Below are positions 1 through 8,318 of a stretch of 50,623 nucleotides of DNA, in pieces. A program made the position numbers and the translations under genes. Position 1 is the stretch's first letter; each line of letters begins with the position of its first letter. The notes beneath the pieces are model-generated. The model saw only the letters and a program-made list of their open reading frames with translations, was not told the DNA's origin and did not search any database. This DNA is from a virus (taxonomy: Duplodnaviria > Caudoviricetes), in the IMG/VR virus record IMGVR_UViG_3300027863_000904, positions 1 to 50,623 of that record; one strand, written 5' to 3'.

Positions 1-232
1 GCGCCATGCGCCATGCGCCATGCGCCACGGGCGCATGGGCGCATGAGCGAAAGTGATCCCCACCGCGGCACCAGGCGCTGGTGGGGATTTTGTTTGTGCC
101 CCATGGCGCCATGCGCCATGCGCCATGCGCCACGGGCGCATGGGCGCATGAGCGAAAGTGATCCCCACCGCGGCACCAGGCGCTGGTGGGGATTTTGTTT
201 GTGCCCCATGGCGCCATGCGCCATGCGCCATG
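1..232. repeat. 105-bp tandem repeat (units start at 1, 106 and a partial one at 211) containing GCGCCAT heptamer runs and an ATCCCCACC/GGTGGGGAT hairpin
   Basis: 1-105 is identical to 106-210; the array continues at the right end (50498-50623). Confidence 0.95.
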
Positions 233-1319
233 GGCGCTAGAACACGCCCACGCGCGCCAAGATTGTGAAAAAAAGCACAATCTTCCCTCTCTGACGCTTG
301 TGAAAATCTTCACAAACTCACCCTGCCGGCATCGTTCTGTTTATAAACTCCTGAACTCTGAACGTGATCACCGTCTTCTGCTAGCCCAAGCCTTGCTCAA
401 GATTTTGACTAGCGACGCAAGACTGTGAAGAAAACAGGAAGAAAATGTGGCAAAACTGTAGACAAAACGTCGCATAATTGTATCTTATGTTAAACAGAGC
501 GGCTTGAAGCGAGAGGATCGGCTCCTCCAATTGTGACAAAACGCCACAATTGTGGCGAAAACTCGAAAATTCACGAAACAAACTGTGAAAATCAGGTGCT
601 CCTCGCTCTGACACTTTTCGGAAAAGCCATCTACTACAGCCTGTAGTAGATAAAACACCGCTTTCCGCCTTTAGCTAACATGGAACAACGGTTTATCAGC
701 CCGTAAACGTGATCATCATGCTATAAATCCTGCTAAAACGCAACTTGGGGTGCTTCAAAACACAATAGAACAAACGTTTGTAGAACAAAACGCCACAATA
801 CCTAAAATACTTCACTACTGAAATATTCACTCGTGAAAAGTTTGAGTACCAACTAATCGATTTTTCCGCTCCTCACTCCATACCATCCACTGCCTTCCGC
901 AAAAACGTCACTTAGTGCTAGGAAATGTTCTGAAGAAAACCGGAAGAGAGGACTAAACCGGAAAGTGCCGGTAGTTAGACTGGAGGACAGCTGACATGAA
1001 AGCGGCTCAAATCGTTGGATAACTACGACATGAGTACATTCGGCTCAGAAACAATTTAATGCATACTCTCGATCACTCTCTTCCTCGCCTGTACAAAAAG
1101 GTACATAATAGGAAGAAAATATACATCCCTATATAGGGAAGTACTTATTAAAAAAGGAAGAAAATGGCTGAAATTAGATATATAGGATATGAATAAGAGG
1201 AAGAAATCGAGGTAATGAATTAAATCGTTGGGGCCAAACCCACCTATAGCAGGGTTATCCAACGTTTTGAACCTCTTCCCCTCCTCTTTCTTCCTAGCAA
1301 CCCTCTCTAACAAAAGGCC

Positions 1320-1348
1320 TTGACAAAACGGATGACTTATGGTAACAT
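1320..1348 (+). promoter_or_regulatory. sigma70-type promoter
   Basis: TTGACA-17 bp-TAACAT with a TG extension; AGGAGG RBS before ATG 1376. Confidence 0.75.
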
Positions 1349-1375
1349 ATAGGCAAACAATAGGAGGTTATCCTG

Positions 1376-1717
1376 ATGGCTGCTACCCCTGATAGGTCGT
1401 TCTATGATTCGCTCATCGATGAGTATGAGGCCCTCCAGTCTGAGCTTGATTTGCTGGGCAGAGAGTTTGATCGTATCACTGACAAACTCGCCGTCTTCCT
1501 AGCCGGGTTGATGAAGGAGCTGACGACCCTAAGCGGTTTACTTTCCCAATTAGAGTGGAAAGTGGCGGCTTTTGAGATGAAGCTTGACGCCAATCCGATG
1601 ATTTCAGACAGTCAACTGGAAAAGGTTGTGTCTTTGCGTGATGAGTTGTGTAATGTTAGATCCGTAGTTGACGCTGCTAAGTGGACGTTGAATAAGGTAT
1701 TTGGTGAAGAGGCTTAG
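1376..1717 (+). CDS. coiled-coil hypothetical protein, paralog of 4896..5144
   Basis: ORF with RBS; C-terminal AFEMKLDANP...SLRDELCNVRSVVDAAK resembles AFAVKLRNDP...ALRQSVNEARQTVVAAK. Confidence 0.8.
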   Translation: MAATPDRSFYDSLIDEYEALQSELDLLGREFDRITDKLAVFLAGLMKELTTLSGLLSQLEWKVAAFEMKLDANPMISDSQLEKVVSLRDELCNVRSVVDAAKWTLNKVFGEEA

Positions 1718-1738
1718 ATTTGCAGGAGGTTAGCGTAT

Positions 1739-2073
1739 ATGAAAGGCCCTTTTCCCTGGTTTGGTGGCAAAGCGAAGTTGGCGCCGAAGATTGTAGCTTT
1801 GAGGAGCTGGTAGACTTGTTGCTGAAGCTTCCTGGTCGTTTTGTTGTTTCAGGATATGAGCACCCTGCTTATGTTCCTTTAGAGAAGGCTGGTTGGGTAC
1901 GGCTAGAGTTTAGTGCGTTTGCCTCTTCTGTAGCTAAGACACGGAAGACAGGAATGAGGGGAAGTGGATCTTGTTCTCATCAGCACCGGGTTGAATCTTT
2001 ATGGCTTGACCCTAAGACAGCTGATGAGGTGCTTTCTAAGCAGAAAGGACTGTCTATCTCTGAGGTTGAATGA
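1739..2073 (+). pseudogene. Dam-like (D12 class) adenine methyltransferase remnant with internal deletion and frameshift
   Basis: AGGAGG + ATG 1739 gives MKGPFPWFGGKAKLAPKIV (Dam N-terminal motif) and then a stop; another frame encodes the Dam-like C-terminus (EELVDLL..GRFVVSGY..GW..RVESLWLDP); no DPPY. Confidence 0.7.
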
Positions 2074-2912
2074 TGATTGAAGTATATTACGGCGACAACT
2101 TATTCATTTTGCAGAGCCTGCCGTCTGCTAGTTTTGATCTGATTTATATAGATCCTCCGTTCAACACCGGGAAGCGACAGGTTCGATCAAGTTTGAAGGT
2201 TGTGCGTGATGATAGTGGAAGTAGGGTAGGGTTTGCAGGTAGGAGATATCAGACGTTGAAGTTAGCGGAGAGGTCATTTGAGGACTGTTTTGATGATTTT
2301 CTAGCCTTTCTTGAGTCGAGGTTGGTGGAGGCGTATAGGGTTTTGAAGCCTACTGGTTCATTCTTCCTGCACATTGACTACCGGGAGGTGCATTATTGCA
2401 AGGTTCTCCTGGATTTGATTTTCGGGCGCAAGTCGTTCATGAATGAGATTATATGGGCATATGATTATGGAGGCCGCCCTAGGAATAAGTGGCCGGCAAA
2501 GCATGACAACATCCTATGGTATGCTAAGGACCCGAAGAATTATACCTTCAATTTTGATGAGATGGACCGCGTTCCATATATGGCGCCTGGTTTGGTAGGG
2601 CCTGAGAAGGCGGAGAGAGGAAAGACACCTACTGACGTTTGGTGGCATACAATTGTTCCAACTAATAGTAAGGAGAAGACGGGATATCCAACGCAGAAGC
2701 CAAGAGGGATTATTGAGAGGATTGTTAAGGTGCATAGTAATCCTGGTGATTGTTTGTTAGACTTCTTTGCTGGTAGTGGGACGTTGGGAGATGTTGCTGT
2801 GAGGTTGGGTAGGGATGCTGTGTTAGTGGATAACAATCCTGAGGCGATTGATGTAATGATGCGTCGTTTGGCTTTTGCTGAGGTTAGGTATTACGGGGTA
2901 GAGCGTAGTTGA
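2070..2912 (+). CDS. DNA amino-methyltransferase (N6A/N4C, beta class)
   Basis: DLIYIDPPF catalytic motif, then YPTQKP, then LDFFAGSGT SAM-binding motif. Confidence 0.95.
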   Translation: MMIEVYYGDNLFILQSLPSASFDLIYIDPPFNTGKRQVRSSLKVVRDDSGSRVGFAGRRYQTLKLAERSFEDCFDDFLAFLESRLVEAYRVLKPTGSFFLHIDYREVHYCKVLLDLIFGRKSFMNEIIWAYDYGGRPRNKWPAKHDNILWYAKDPKNYTFNFDEMDRVPYMAPGLVGPEKAERGKTPTDVWWHTIVPTNSKEKTGYPTQKPRGIIERIVKVHSNPGDCLLDFFAGSGTLGDVAVRLGRDAVLVDNNPEAIDVMMRRLAFAEVRYYGVERS

Positions 2913-2929
2913 AGTTAGGAGGCGCATGA

Positions 2930-3976
2930 TTGTTGGTAGGGTGTGCATATTATAATGAGATTGCTCCTTACCCTGCAGAATGGTTGCGCAACCTAATTGC
3001 TGCCGGCCTCATTGCACCAGGTAAGGTAGATGAGCGTAGTATTCATGACCTTACGGGAGAGGATCTTACAGGTGTCGTGCAATTTCATGCATTTGCAGGA
3101 ATTGGGGGTTGGTCATATGCCTTGCGTCTCGCAGGATGGCCAGATGATGTGCCAGTTTGGACAGGATCATGCCCGTGTCAGCCCTTCTCCTCAGCAGGAA
3201 AGCGAAAAGGAACAGCTGACTCTAGACACTTATGGCCTGAATTCCGACGACTTATCGCTGAGTGCTTGCCTCCAGTTATCTTTGGAGAGCAGGTTGCGAG
3301 TAGCAGTGGACGTGAATGGCTCGCTGGAGTACGCGTTGACTTGGAAGCATTGGGATATCGGGTCGGGGCCGCGGATTTGTGCGCTGCGGGCGTCGGTGCG
3401 CCGCACATCCGGCAACGGCTATACTGGGTGGCCGACCGTGACGGCAACGATGTTTGGGGACAGCTGGGAGGCGCGGGAAAGGCGTCGGGCGAGGGCGGCA
3501 GAACGGGGCGTGTATTTTGGACCGGCGGAGACGTTGGAGATTGCGGTGCAGAAGACGTGCCAAGCAATGAAAGCCGATGCACAAGTGAAGGGTTGGAGTA
3601 CGCCGACAGTGCAGGATGCGCAACAGCCATACGGGATGGGGCTATCAGGAGCAGGGCTTTCAGTGAGGGAGGCGTTTGGGGGAGAAATTGGATGTATTGT
3701 GCCGACAGGACAACGCGCCGTATTGAACCCGGACTTTACCCGTTGGCTTATGGGATACCCCATAGAATGGATGATTTACGCTCCTGGTTACCGTTCTTGG
3801 ATGACGTTACAGAAGACAGCAAAGAAGATGTTGGAAAACGCCTCATGAGGGAGGCCCGTCAGTTCTATAAAGGTGTTCTTGCAGGCATGGGTAATAGTAT
3901 TGTGCCACAAGTAGCTGCGGTATTTATTCGGGCATATATGGAGGCGCGAAATTATTGTAGTGGCGTCAGGGCATGA
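2930..3976 (+). CDS. DNA cytosine-5 methyltransferase, large (alpha) polypeptide
   Basis: FAGIGG (motif I), SCPCQPFS (IV), GEQV (VI), HIRQRLYW (VIII), GNSIVPQVA (X); motif IX not found in this frame. Confidence 0.9.
   Translation: MLVGCAYYNEIAPYPAEWLRNLIAAGLIAPGKVDERSIHDLTGEDLTGVVQFHAFAGIGGWSYALRLAGWPDDVPVWTGSCPCQPFSSAGKRKGTADSRHLWPEFRRLIAECLPPVIFGEQVASSSGREWLAGVRVDLEALGYRVGAADLCAAGVGAPHIRQRLYWVADRDGNDVWGQLGGAGKASGEGGRTGRVFWTGGDVGDCGAEDVPSNESRCTSEGLEYADSAGCATAIRDGAIRSRAFSEGGVWGRNWMYCADRTTRRIEPGLYPLAYGIPHRMDDLRSWLPFLDDVTEDSKEDVGKRLMREARQFYKGVLAGMGNSIVPQVAAVFIRAYMEARNYCSGVRA
3030..3848 (+). CDS. overlapping +1-frame ORF, probable beta polypeptide of the C5-MTase (start uncertain)
   Basis: 272-codon open frame inside the MTase gene ending in motif-IX-like LNPDFTRWLMGYPIEW; GWPT/GWSTPT segments. 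Confidence 0.7.
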   Translation: MSVVFMTLRERILQVSCNFMHLQELGVGHMPCVSQDGQMMCQFGQDHARVSPSPQQESEKEQLTLDTYGLNSDDLSLSACLQLSLESRLRVAVDVNGSLEYALTWKHWDIGSGPRICALRASVRRTSGNGYTGWPTVTATMFGDSWEARERRRARAAERGVYFGPAETLEIAVQKTCQAMKADAQVKGWSTPTVQDAQQPYGMGLSGAGLSVREAFGGEIGCIVPTGQRAVLNPDFTRWLMGYPIEWMIYAPGYRSWMTLQKTAKKMLENAS

Positions 3977-4028
3977 TATTTGGTGACTAGCACTTGCTAT
4001 TGTGTCAGCTTGGAGGGCGGGTAGTAAT

Positions 4029-4835
4029 ATGGATACAAATCTGTTTGGCGATACTCCAGTTGATCTTTCCTTGACTATCCTGCGCGAATTTGAGCCACCT
4101 GAAGGGTATTATGGCGCGTTTTCGGGTGGCAAAGACAGTGTGGTGCTGAAACGCCTTGTAGAGATGGCGGGTGTAAAATGCGACTGGCATTATCAGGTGA
4201 CAACATTAGACCCGCCACCATTGATGGAATTCATCAGGGACTTTCACCGGGATGTGAAGTGGGAAAAGCCAAAACATTCATTCTATTGGCATATCCGCCA
4301 CCGGCATGGGCTTCCGTCACGGACAATCCGTTGGTGTTGCCATGAACTGAAAGAGCCGGGAGGAGAGGGGAGGCTGGTTTTGACAGGTGTAAGAGCAGAA
4401 GAAAGCAGTCAGAGACGTGGCCGTCATGTTGTAGAGCCCTGTCAACGTCTTGGGAAGACATTCATTTCGCCAATTCTGCATTGGACCACCAATCAAATCT
4501 GGCAGTTCATCAAGGAGGAAAACCTGCCATATTGCAGGTTGTATGACGAAGGCTGGAAGCGTGTGGGATGTTGCTTCTGCCCCTTTGCGCATGAGGATGA
4601 AATTGCCAGAACATTGGCGGCATGGCCGCGCATGGCTGAGCGCATATTGGATGCTTGTCGCTATGCATGGGAACATTCAACAGATGAGCAATTATTAGCA
4701 CGCCGTGTTTACTCTAGTCCAGAGGAATGGTTTGAGGCATATTTGGCTCGAGATAGGCAGAAGAGGGTTTCTCCAGACCAAGAAGTTCTTCCGTTTGATC
4801 AATTTGGTGAAGATGATGACAGTGATTACAGTTGA
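4029..4835 (+). CDS. phosphoadenosine phosphosulfate (PAPS) reductase family protein
   Basis: FSGGKDS PP-loop, RWCCHELKE, GVRAEES..R, RVGCCFCP Fe-S cysteines; start placed at the ATG after GGAGG. Confidence 0.9.
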   Translation: MDTNLFGDTPVDLSLTILREFEPPEGYYGAFSGGKDSVVLKRLVEMAGVKCDWHYQVTTLDPPPLMEFIRDFHRDVKWEKPKHSFYWHIRHRHGLPSRTIRWCCHELKEPGGEGRLVLTGVRAEESSQRRGRHVVEPCQRLGKTFISPILHWTTNQIWQFIKEENLPYCRLYDEGWKRVGCCFCPFAHEDEIARTLAAWPRMAERILDACRYAWEHSTDEQLLARRVYSSPEEWFEAYLARDRQKRVSPDQEVLPFDQFGEDDDSDYS

Positions 4836-4860
4836 GGCGTGGTGGTGTAGGTGGTATAAT
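4832..4860 (+). promoter_or_regulatory. sigma70-type promoter
   Basis: TTGAGG-17 bp-TATAAT with an extended TG. Confidence 0.65.
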
Positions 4861-4895
4861 AGTAATGAGTTTATATAGGTAAGAGGTGATTATAG

Positions 4896-5144
4896 ATGGC
4901 TAGTTTGAAGGATGAGGCTGTGCATGTTGAGAATGTGCAAGAGTTTGCAAGGATGCAGGAGGAGTTTGCGCGGTTGCAGGATCAGTTGGATACATTATTG
5001 GGACGGTTGGATGCTTTCGCGGTCAAGTTGCGCAATGACCCACTTGCGACGTCGGGGCAGATGGATGAGGCGGTAGCATTGCGACAGTCTGTAAATGAGG
5101 CACGGCAGACGGTTGTAGCTGCTAAGGCTAAGGTGAAGGCATGA
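4896..5144 (+). CDS. coiled-coil hypothetical protein, paralog of 1376..1717
   Basis: ORF with GAGGTG RBS; similarity to 1376..1717. Confidence 0.8.
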   Translation: MASLKDEAVHVENVQEFARMQEEFARLQDQLDTLLGRLDAFAVKLRNDPLATSGQMDEAVALRQSVNEARQTVVAAKAKVKA

Positions 5145-6253
5145 GCACACTTGCGTGGGGCAGCGGTTTGTCTGCGGATAGAGTTTTGACATTCGCAGGC
5201 AACTGTGAATTGACGGCGATGAGAATTGCTTCATCTGCCGTTGCTTTGGATTGGGTTAGGTTTGGAGGTAATCCAAAGCACTATTGGACGTTTGATGAAG
5301 GTAGCGGGACGTCAGCTGCGGATAGTGGTGCTGTACCAAGGACCATGACACTCAATGGCGGTAGTTGGGAGACCGCTTCGCCATGGATTGGGCCTGCTGA
5401 CCTCAATCCTAACTGGACGAATGTAACGCTGCAGGAGACATATGTGCTATCAGCAGGAACAACGATTGAGTGTTGGGCGTATTGTATTGTAGATGGCAAT
5501 CAGCGGGTACTACTCCAATGTGGCGGTCTTGGTCTTCGATTCCTATTCAACTGGCCTTCCGCTGGCTATTGGCTACAGGACGGGAATGATTGGGCACCAC
5601 AAATGTTGACGTCCAGTCCCGTCATCACCACAGGTTGGCACCACTTGGCCGCAGTCTGGGATAGCACCGGAGGGCGCCTTTATGTTGATGGGGTGCAAGC
5701 AGGCAGCTATTCTGGAACGCCACCGAACGGATGGATTAGTGACTTGTATCTCGGCTACCAGGTATCCAATTGGACGCGGCCGTGGGCACCTGGGAAGATT
5801 GGTGACTTCGCCATGTACACAAGCGCCAAATATACCTCTAACTTTACTCCAACTCGATATCAGGACGGGTCCATTGTGCTTACTGATTCATCATTTAGTG
5901 GTCCTAGGAAAGTAACTACCATTGATTGGATAGGGACTTTTGGAGATAATTATGGCCGCGTATATCGCATACAAGTCAATACAGGAACAAATACAAATCC
6001 GAATTGGGTTACAGTTGGCGGTGATTATCCTAGTTCTCCAATAAGCGGGTTGGATTTGACGGTTCCTTCTGGAACTACGCGGCTTGTGAGAGTGTATTTG
6101 CAACCAAAAGCTGATACCAAGAAGACAGAAACGCCTGTTTTGAACGCTTTGCGCATTGTTCATGTTGCTCCTGGAGGAGTTATCAGGCCGTTGGGGCCTG
6201 GTTTGACGCGTGTGGGTGCTATTCCTGGTGTGCTTGGAGGTCGGAGATGGTAG
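5141..6253 (+). CDS. LamG/concanavalin-like domain protein, probably virion-associated
   Basis: YWTFDEGSGTSAADS, TIECW, GWHHLAAVWD, LYVDG motifs. Confidence 0.85.
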   Translation: MSTLAWGSGLSADRVLTFAGNCELTAMRIASSAVALDWVRFGGNPKHYWTFDEGSGTSAADSGAVPRTMTLNGGSWETASPWIGPADLNPNWTNVTLQETYVLSAGTTIECWAYCIVDGNQRVLLQCGGLGLRFLFNWPSAGYWLQDGNDWAPQMLTSSPVITTGWHHLAAVWDSTGGRLYVDGVQAGSYSGTPPNGWISDLYLGYQVSNWTRPWAPGKIGDFAMYTSAKYTSNFTPTRYQDGSIVLTDSSFSGPRKVTTIDWIGTFGDNYGRVYRIQVNTGTNTNPNWVTVGGDYPSSPISGLDLTVPSGTTRLVRVYLQPKADTKKTETPVLNALRIVHVAPGGVIRPLGPGLTRVGAIPGVLGGRRW

Positions 6254-7041
6254 AGATTGCTATTGGTGGATATTTGTCAGTGAGGTTCAATTGCTATAAT
6301 GCTACTGGTGCTACTGCAAACGCAGATAGTACACCTACATGGCGCATTGTGGCGGCGAATAGTGACACAACGATTATTAGCGGAAACTGCACATCTCGTT
6401 CTACAGGTGCGTATGAGGTTTACACTCAGATTGACGCTTCCCATTTTACGGCGGGAGGCGTTTACCATTTGTTGGTGACGGCAACAGTTGGTGGAGTGAC
6501 GGATGCTGATGTTTTGGTGACTGCATTTAAAGCGACTACTGGGGACACCTTTGCTAAATTGGATGCAATTCAAAGTGAGATTGAAGAGCTTCCTAGGAAT
6601 GTTGGTGGAGCGATTGTGACTGTCACAGGAGGGGCTGCTGAGTCAGAGTTGGTATTGGTGCAGCGGAGGGGTGATGATGCGACGTTTTCCTTTACGTGTC
6701 TGGATAGTGCCGGTCAACCTATTGATTTGACTGATGCAAATGTGACGTTTACGGTCAAGCCTCAGACTGCTAGGGAGGATCCTGATGATAGTCATGCTGT
6801 CATTCAAAAGACGGCAAACGTTATAGCTCCCAGTGAGGGTCGATGTGAGGTTACTGTTAGCGGGGCTGATACTGAGGTTTGTGAACTTTATGTTGAGTAT
6901 GATTTTGACTTGCAGGCGGATGCTGGTGTGGGGAAAGTACGGACGCTTGTAGTAGGAACATACCAAGTTTTACCTGATGTCACGAGGGCGAGTTCTGATC
7001 ATATTGTAAGTTCATCTATTCCACTTACTACTGAATATTAG
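6247..7041 (+). CDS. putative virion protein with BppU-N-like Ig domain
   Basis: RGDDATFSFT..D..GQPIDLTDANVTFTVK ... YDFDLQ pattern. Confidence 0.6.
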   Translation: MVEIAIGGYLSVRFNCYNATGATANADSTPTWRIVAANSDTTIISGNCTSRSTGAYEVYTQIDASHFTAGGVYHLLVTATVGGVTDADVLVTAFKATTGDTFAKLDAIQSEIEELPRNVGGAIVTVTGGAAESELVLVQRRGDDATFSFTCLDSAGQPIDLTDANVTFTVKPQTAREDPDDSHAVIQKTANVIAPSEGRCEVTVSGADTEVCELYVEYDFDLQADAGVGKVRTLVVGTYQVLPDVTRASSDHIVSSSIPLTTEY

Positions 7042-7046
7042 AACGG

Positions 7047-7415
7047 ATGGTGATTGTAATGAAGCTAGTCTTTATTGTCGTTTTTCTGCTTATGGTGTCT
7101 TATTCAGCCTTTGCAATTGACTTGGAAGCTGGAGTAGTAAAGCCAATTGCACCGGAAATGTCTACGTCAATTGGGCTGAACTTGGGTGTGGGGCTTGGTG
7201 AGTGGAAGTGGAATGTGCCTGTTGTGTGTGATTTGATTGGCGGGCATAAGATGTTTGCTGATTTTCTGTATGTCAACAAGCACCCTGCGTTGGGTTTTTC
7301 GCTTGCGACGACTGCAGATGATGAGAATAAGCTGCGACTAGGATTTTCTTTGTGGAAGAGTGACGGGTTTGAGTGGAGTGTATATGTGAGAAACGGGGTT
7401 ACTTGGACCTGGTAA
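7047..7415 (+). CDS. secreted or outer-membrane beta-rich protein
   Basis: Signal peptide ending AFA, alternating hydrophobic strands, C-terminal GVTWTW. Confidence 0.55.
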   Translation: MVIVMKLVFIVVFLLMVSYSAFAIDLEAGVVKPIAPEMSTSIGLNLGVGLGEWKWNVPVVCDLIGGHKMFADFLYVNKHPALGFSLATTADDENKLRLGFSLWKSDGFEWSVYVRNGVTWTW

Positions 7416-7439
7416 TAAAAGATTAATGGAGATACTCTA

Positions 7440-7928
7440 GTGACTTTCCCTATGGCGGCCTCTGTTTTGTTCTTCATATTGCCGCTTCCTCAGCATACTG
7501 ATTCCCTTCAGACATGTGCTAGGAAAGCGCTGTGTGGTTATTATGGCCCGTTGAAAGATTGGCAGCGTGATGCCTATGAGTTGGTGATACGAAAAGGCAT
7601 AACAGTTGATAGGTACTTTGTGCTGACGCAGTACAATGGCCAAGAGCCTGACGGCAAGGTTGATGCGCGTGGTGTGAAGTGTACAGTGAGGGTGGCGGCT
7701 TCTAACAAGTTGCCGCGATATGTTTATATTTGGACTGCTGCTTCTGGTGTGAGGCAGGTCTTGGATTGCGGATCTCATAGGAATGATGTAATAGTGAGGA
7801 GGCTTATTCGGGAAAGAGGTTGGCCAGAGGATGCGGTTTGGGTTGATATTTGGTGGCCTACTGCTGCGGAGGCGCGGAGAAAAGGGTTTGACGGATGGAA
7901 GTTATATGCAGGTGCTGTAATACGCTGA
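7440..7928 (+). CDS. 3D/RlpA-like double-psi-barrel protein (possible cell-wall lytic enzyme)
   Basis: LTQY..DARG..VAASN.LP..VLDCG..WVDIW pattern; hydrophobic N-terminus. Confidence 0.5.
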   Translation: MTFPMAASVLFFILPLPQHTDSLQTCARKALCGYYGPLKDWQRDAYELVIRKGITVDRYFVLTQYNGQEPDGKVDARGVKCTVRVAASNKLPRYVYIWTAASGVRQVLDCGSHRNDVIVRRLIRERGWPEDAVWVDIWWPTAAEARRKGFDGWKLYAGAVIR

Positions 7929-7957
7929 AAACTATTGTATTGGAGGCTTATCAGCTG

Positions 7958-8071
7958 ATGCGCAGGGTGATTAACTGTATTAGTGATGTGTTTGTAGTGT
8001 TCTTCATTCTGGTGGCCTTTATTATCTTTGTGATTGGGGACAAGTTATTTGGTTGGGATGATGAGGAATAA
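7958..8071 (+). CDS. 37-aa single-TM peptide (not in ORF track)
   Basis: GGAGG RBS; MRRVINCISDVFVVFFILVAFIIFVIGDKLFGWDDEE. Confidence 0.65.
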   Translation: MRRVINCISDVFVVFFILVAFIIFVIGDKLFGWDDEE

Positions 8072-8148
8072 AGTTTTGAGCCCGCCGGGAGGAGACAGCG
8101 GGCTCAACCAAGGAGGGAGAGGATGGGGATGTATGTTATGACACCTAT

Positions 8149-8177
8149 ATAATAGCAACAGTGATGCGGTTTGTCAA
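8149..8177 (-). promoter_or_regulatory. leftward sigma70-type promoter with no downstream ORF
   Basis: Reverse strand TTGACA-17 bp-TATTAT with an extended TG. Confidence 0.65.
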
Positions 8178-8216
8178 GTGGTTTTGAAAATAATTTTTGT
8201 GGGATGGAGGCGCAAA

Positions 8217-8318
8217 GTGCCGTACCATTATATTCCTACGATTAATGGCTTTGATATCCTGGTTATACTCTTGGCGTTTTGGGTTGTCAAAGTAGTGTTG
8301 AGAGGAGATAAGAAGTGA
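8217..8318 (+). CDS. 33-aa single-TM peptide (not in ORF track)
   Basis: GGAGG RBS, GTG start; MPYHYIPTINGFDILVILLAFWVVKVVLRGDKK; abuts the next gene. Confidence 0.6.
   Translation: MPYHYIPTINGFDILVILLAFWVVKVVLRGDKK

Noticed and set aside
13-614. ORFs 13..240, 186..428 and 381..614
   Set aside because: They are translations of the tandem repeat or of non-coding DNA, with no RBS and no protein-like features.
766-792. AGAACAAACGTTTG resembling a Gram-positive LexA box
   Set aside because: It mismatches GAAC-N4-GTTC, is not next to an identified promoter, and there is no lysogeny module.
3178-3763. Several minus-strand ORFs within the C5-MTase
   Set aside because: They are expected shadows of a GC-rich, doubly coding segment and carry no motifs.
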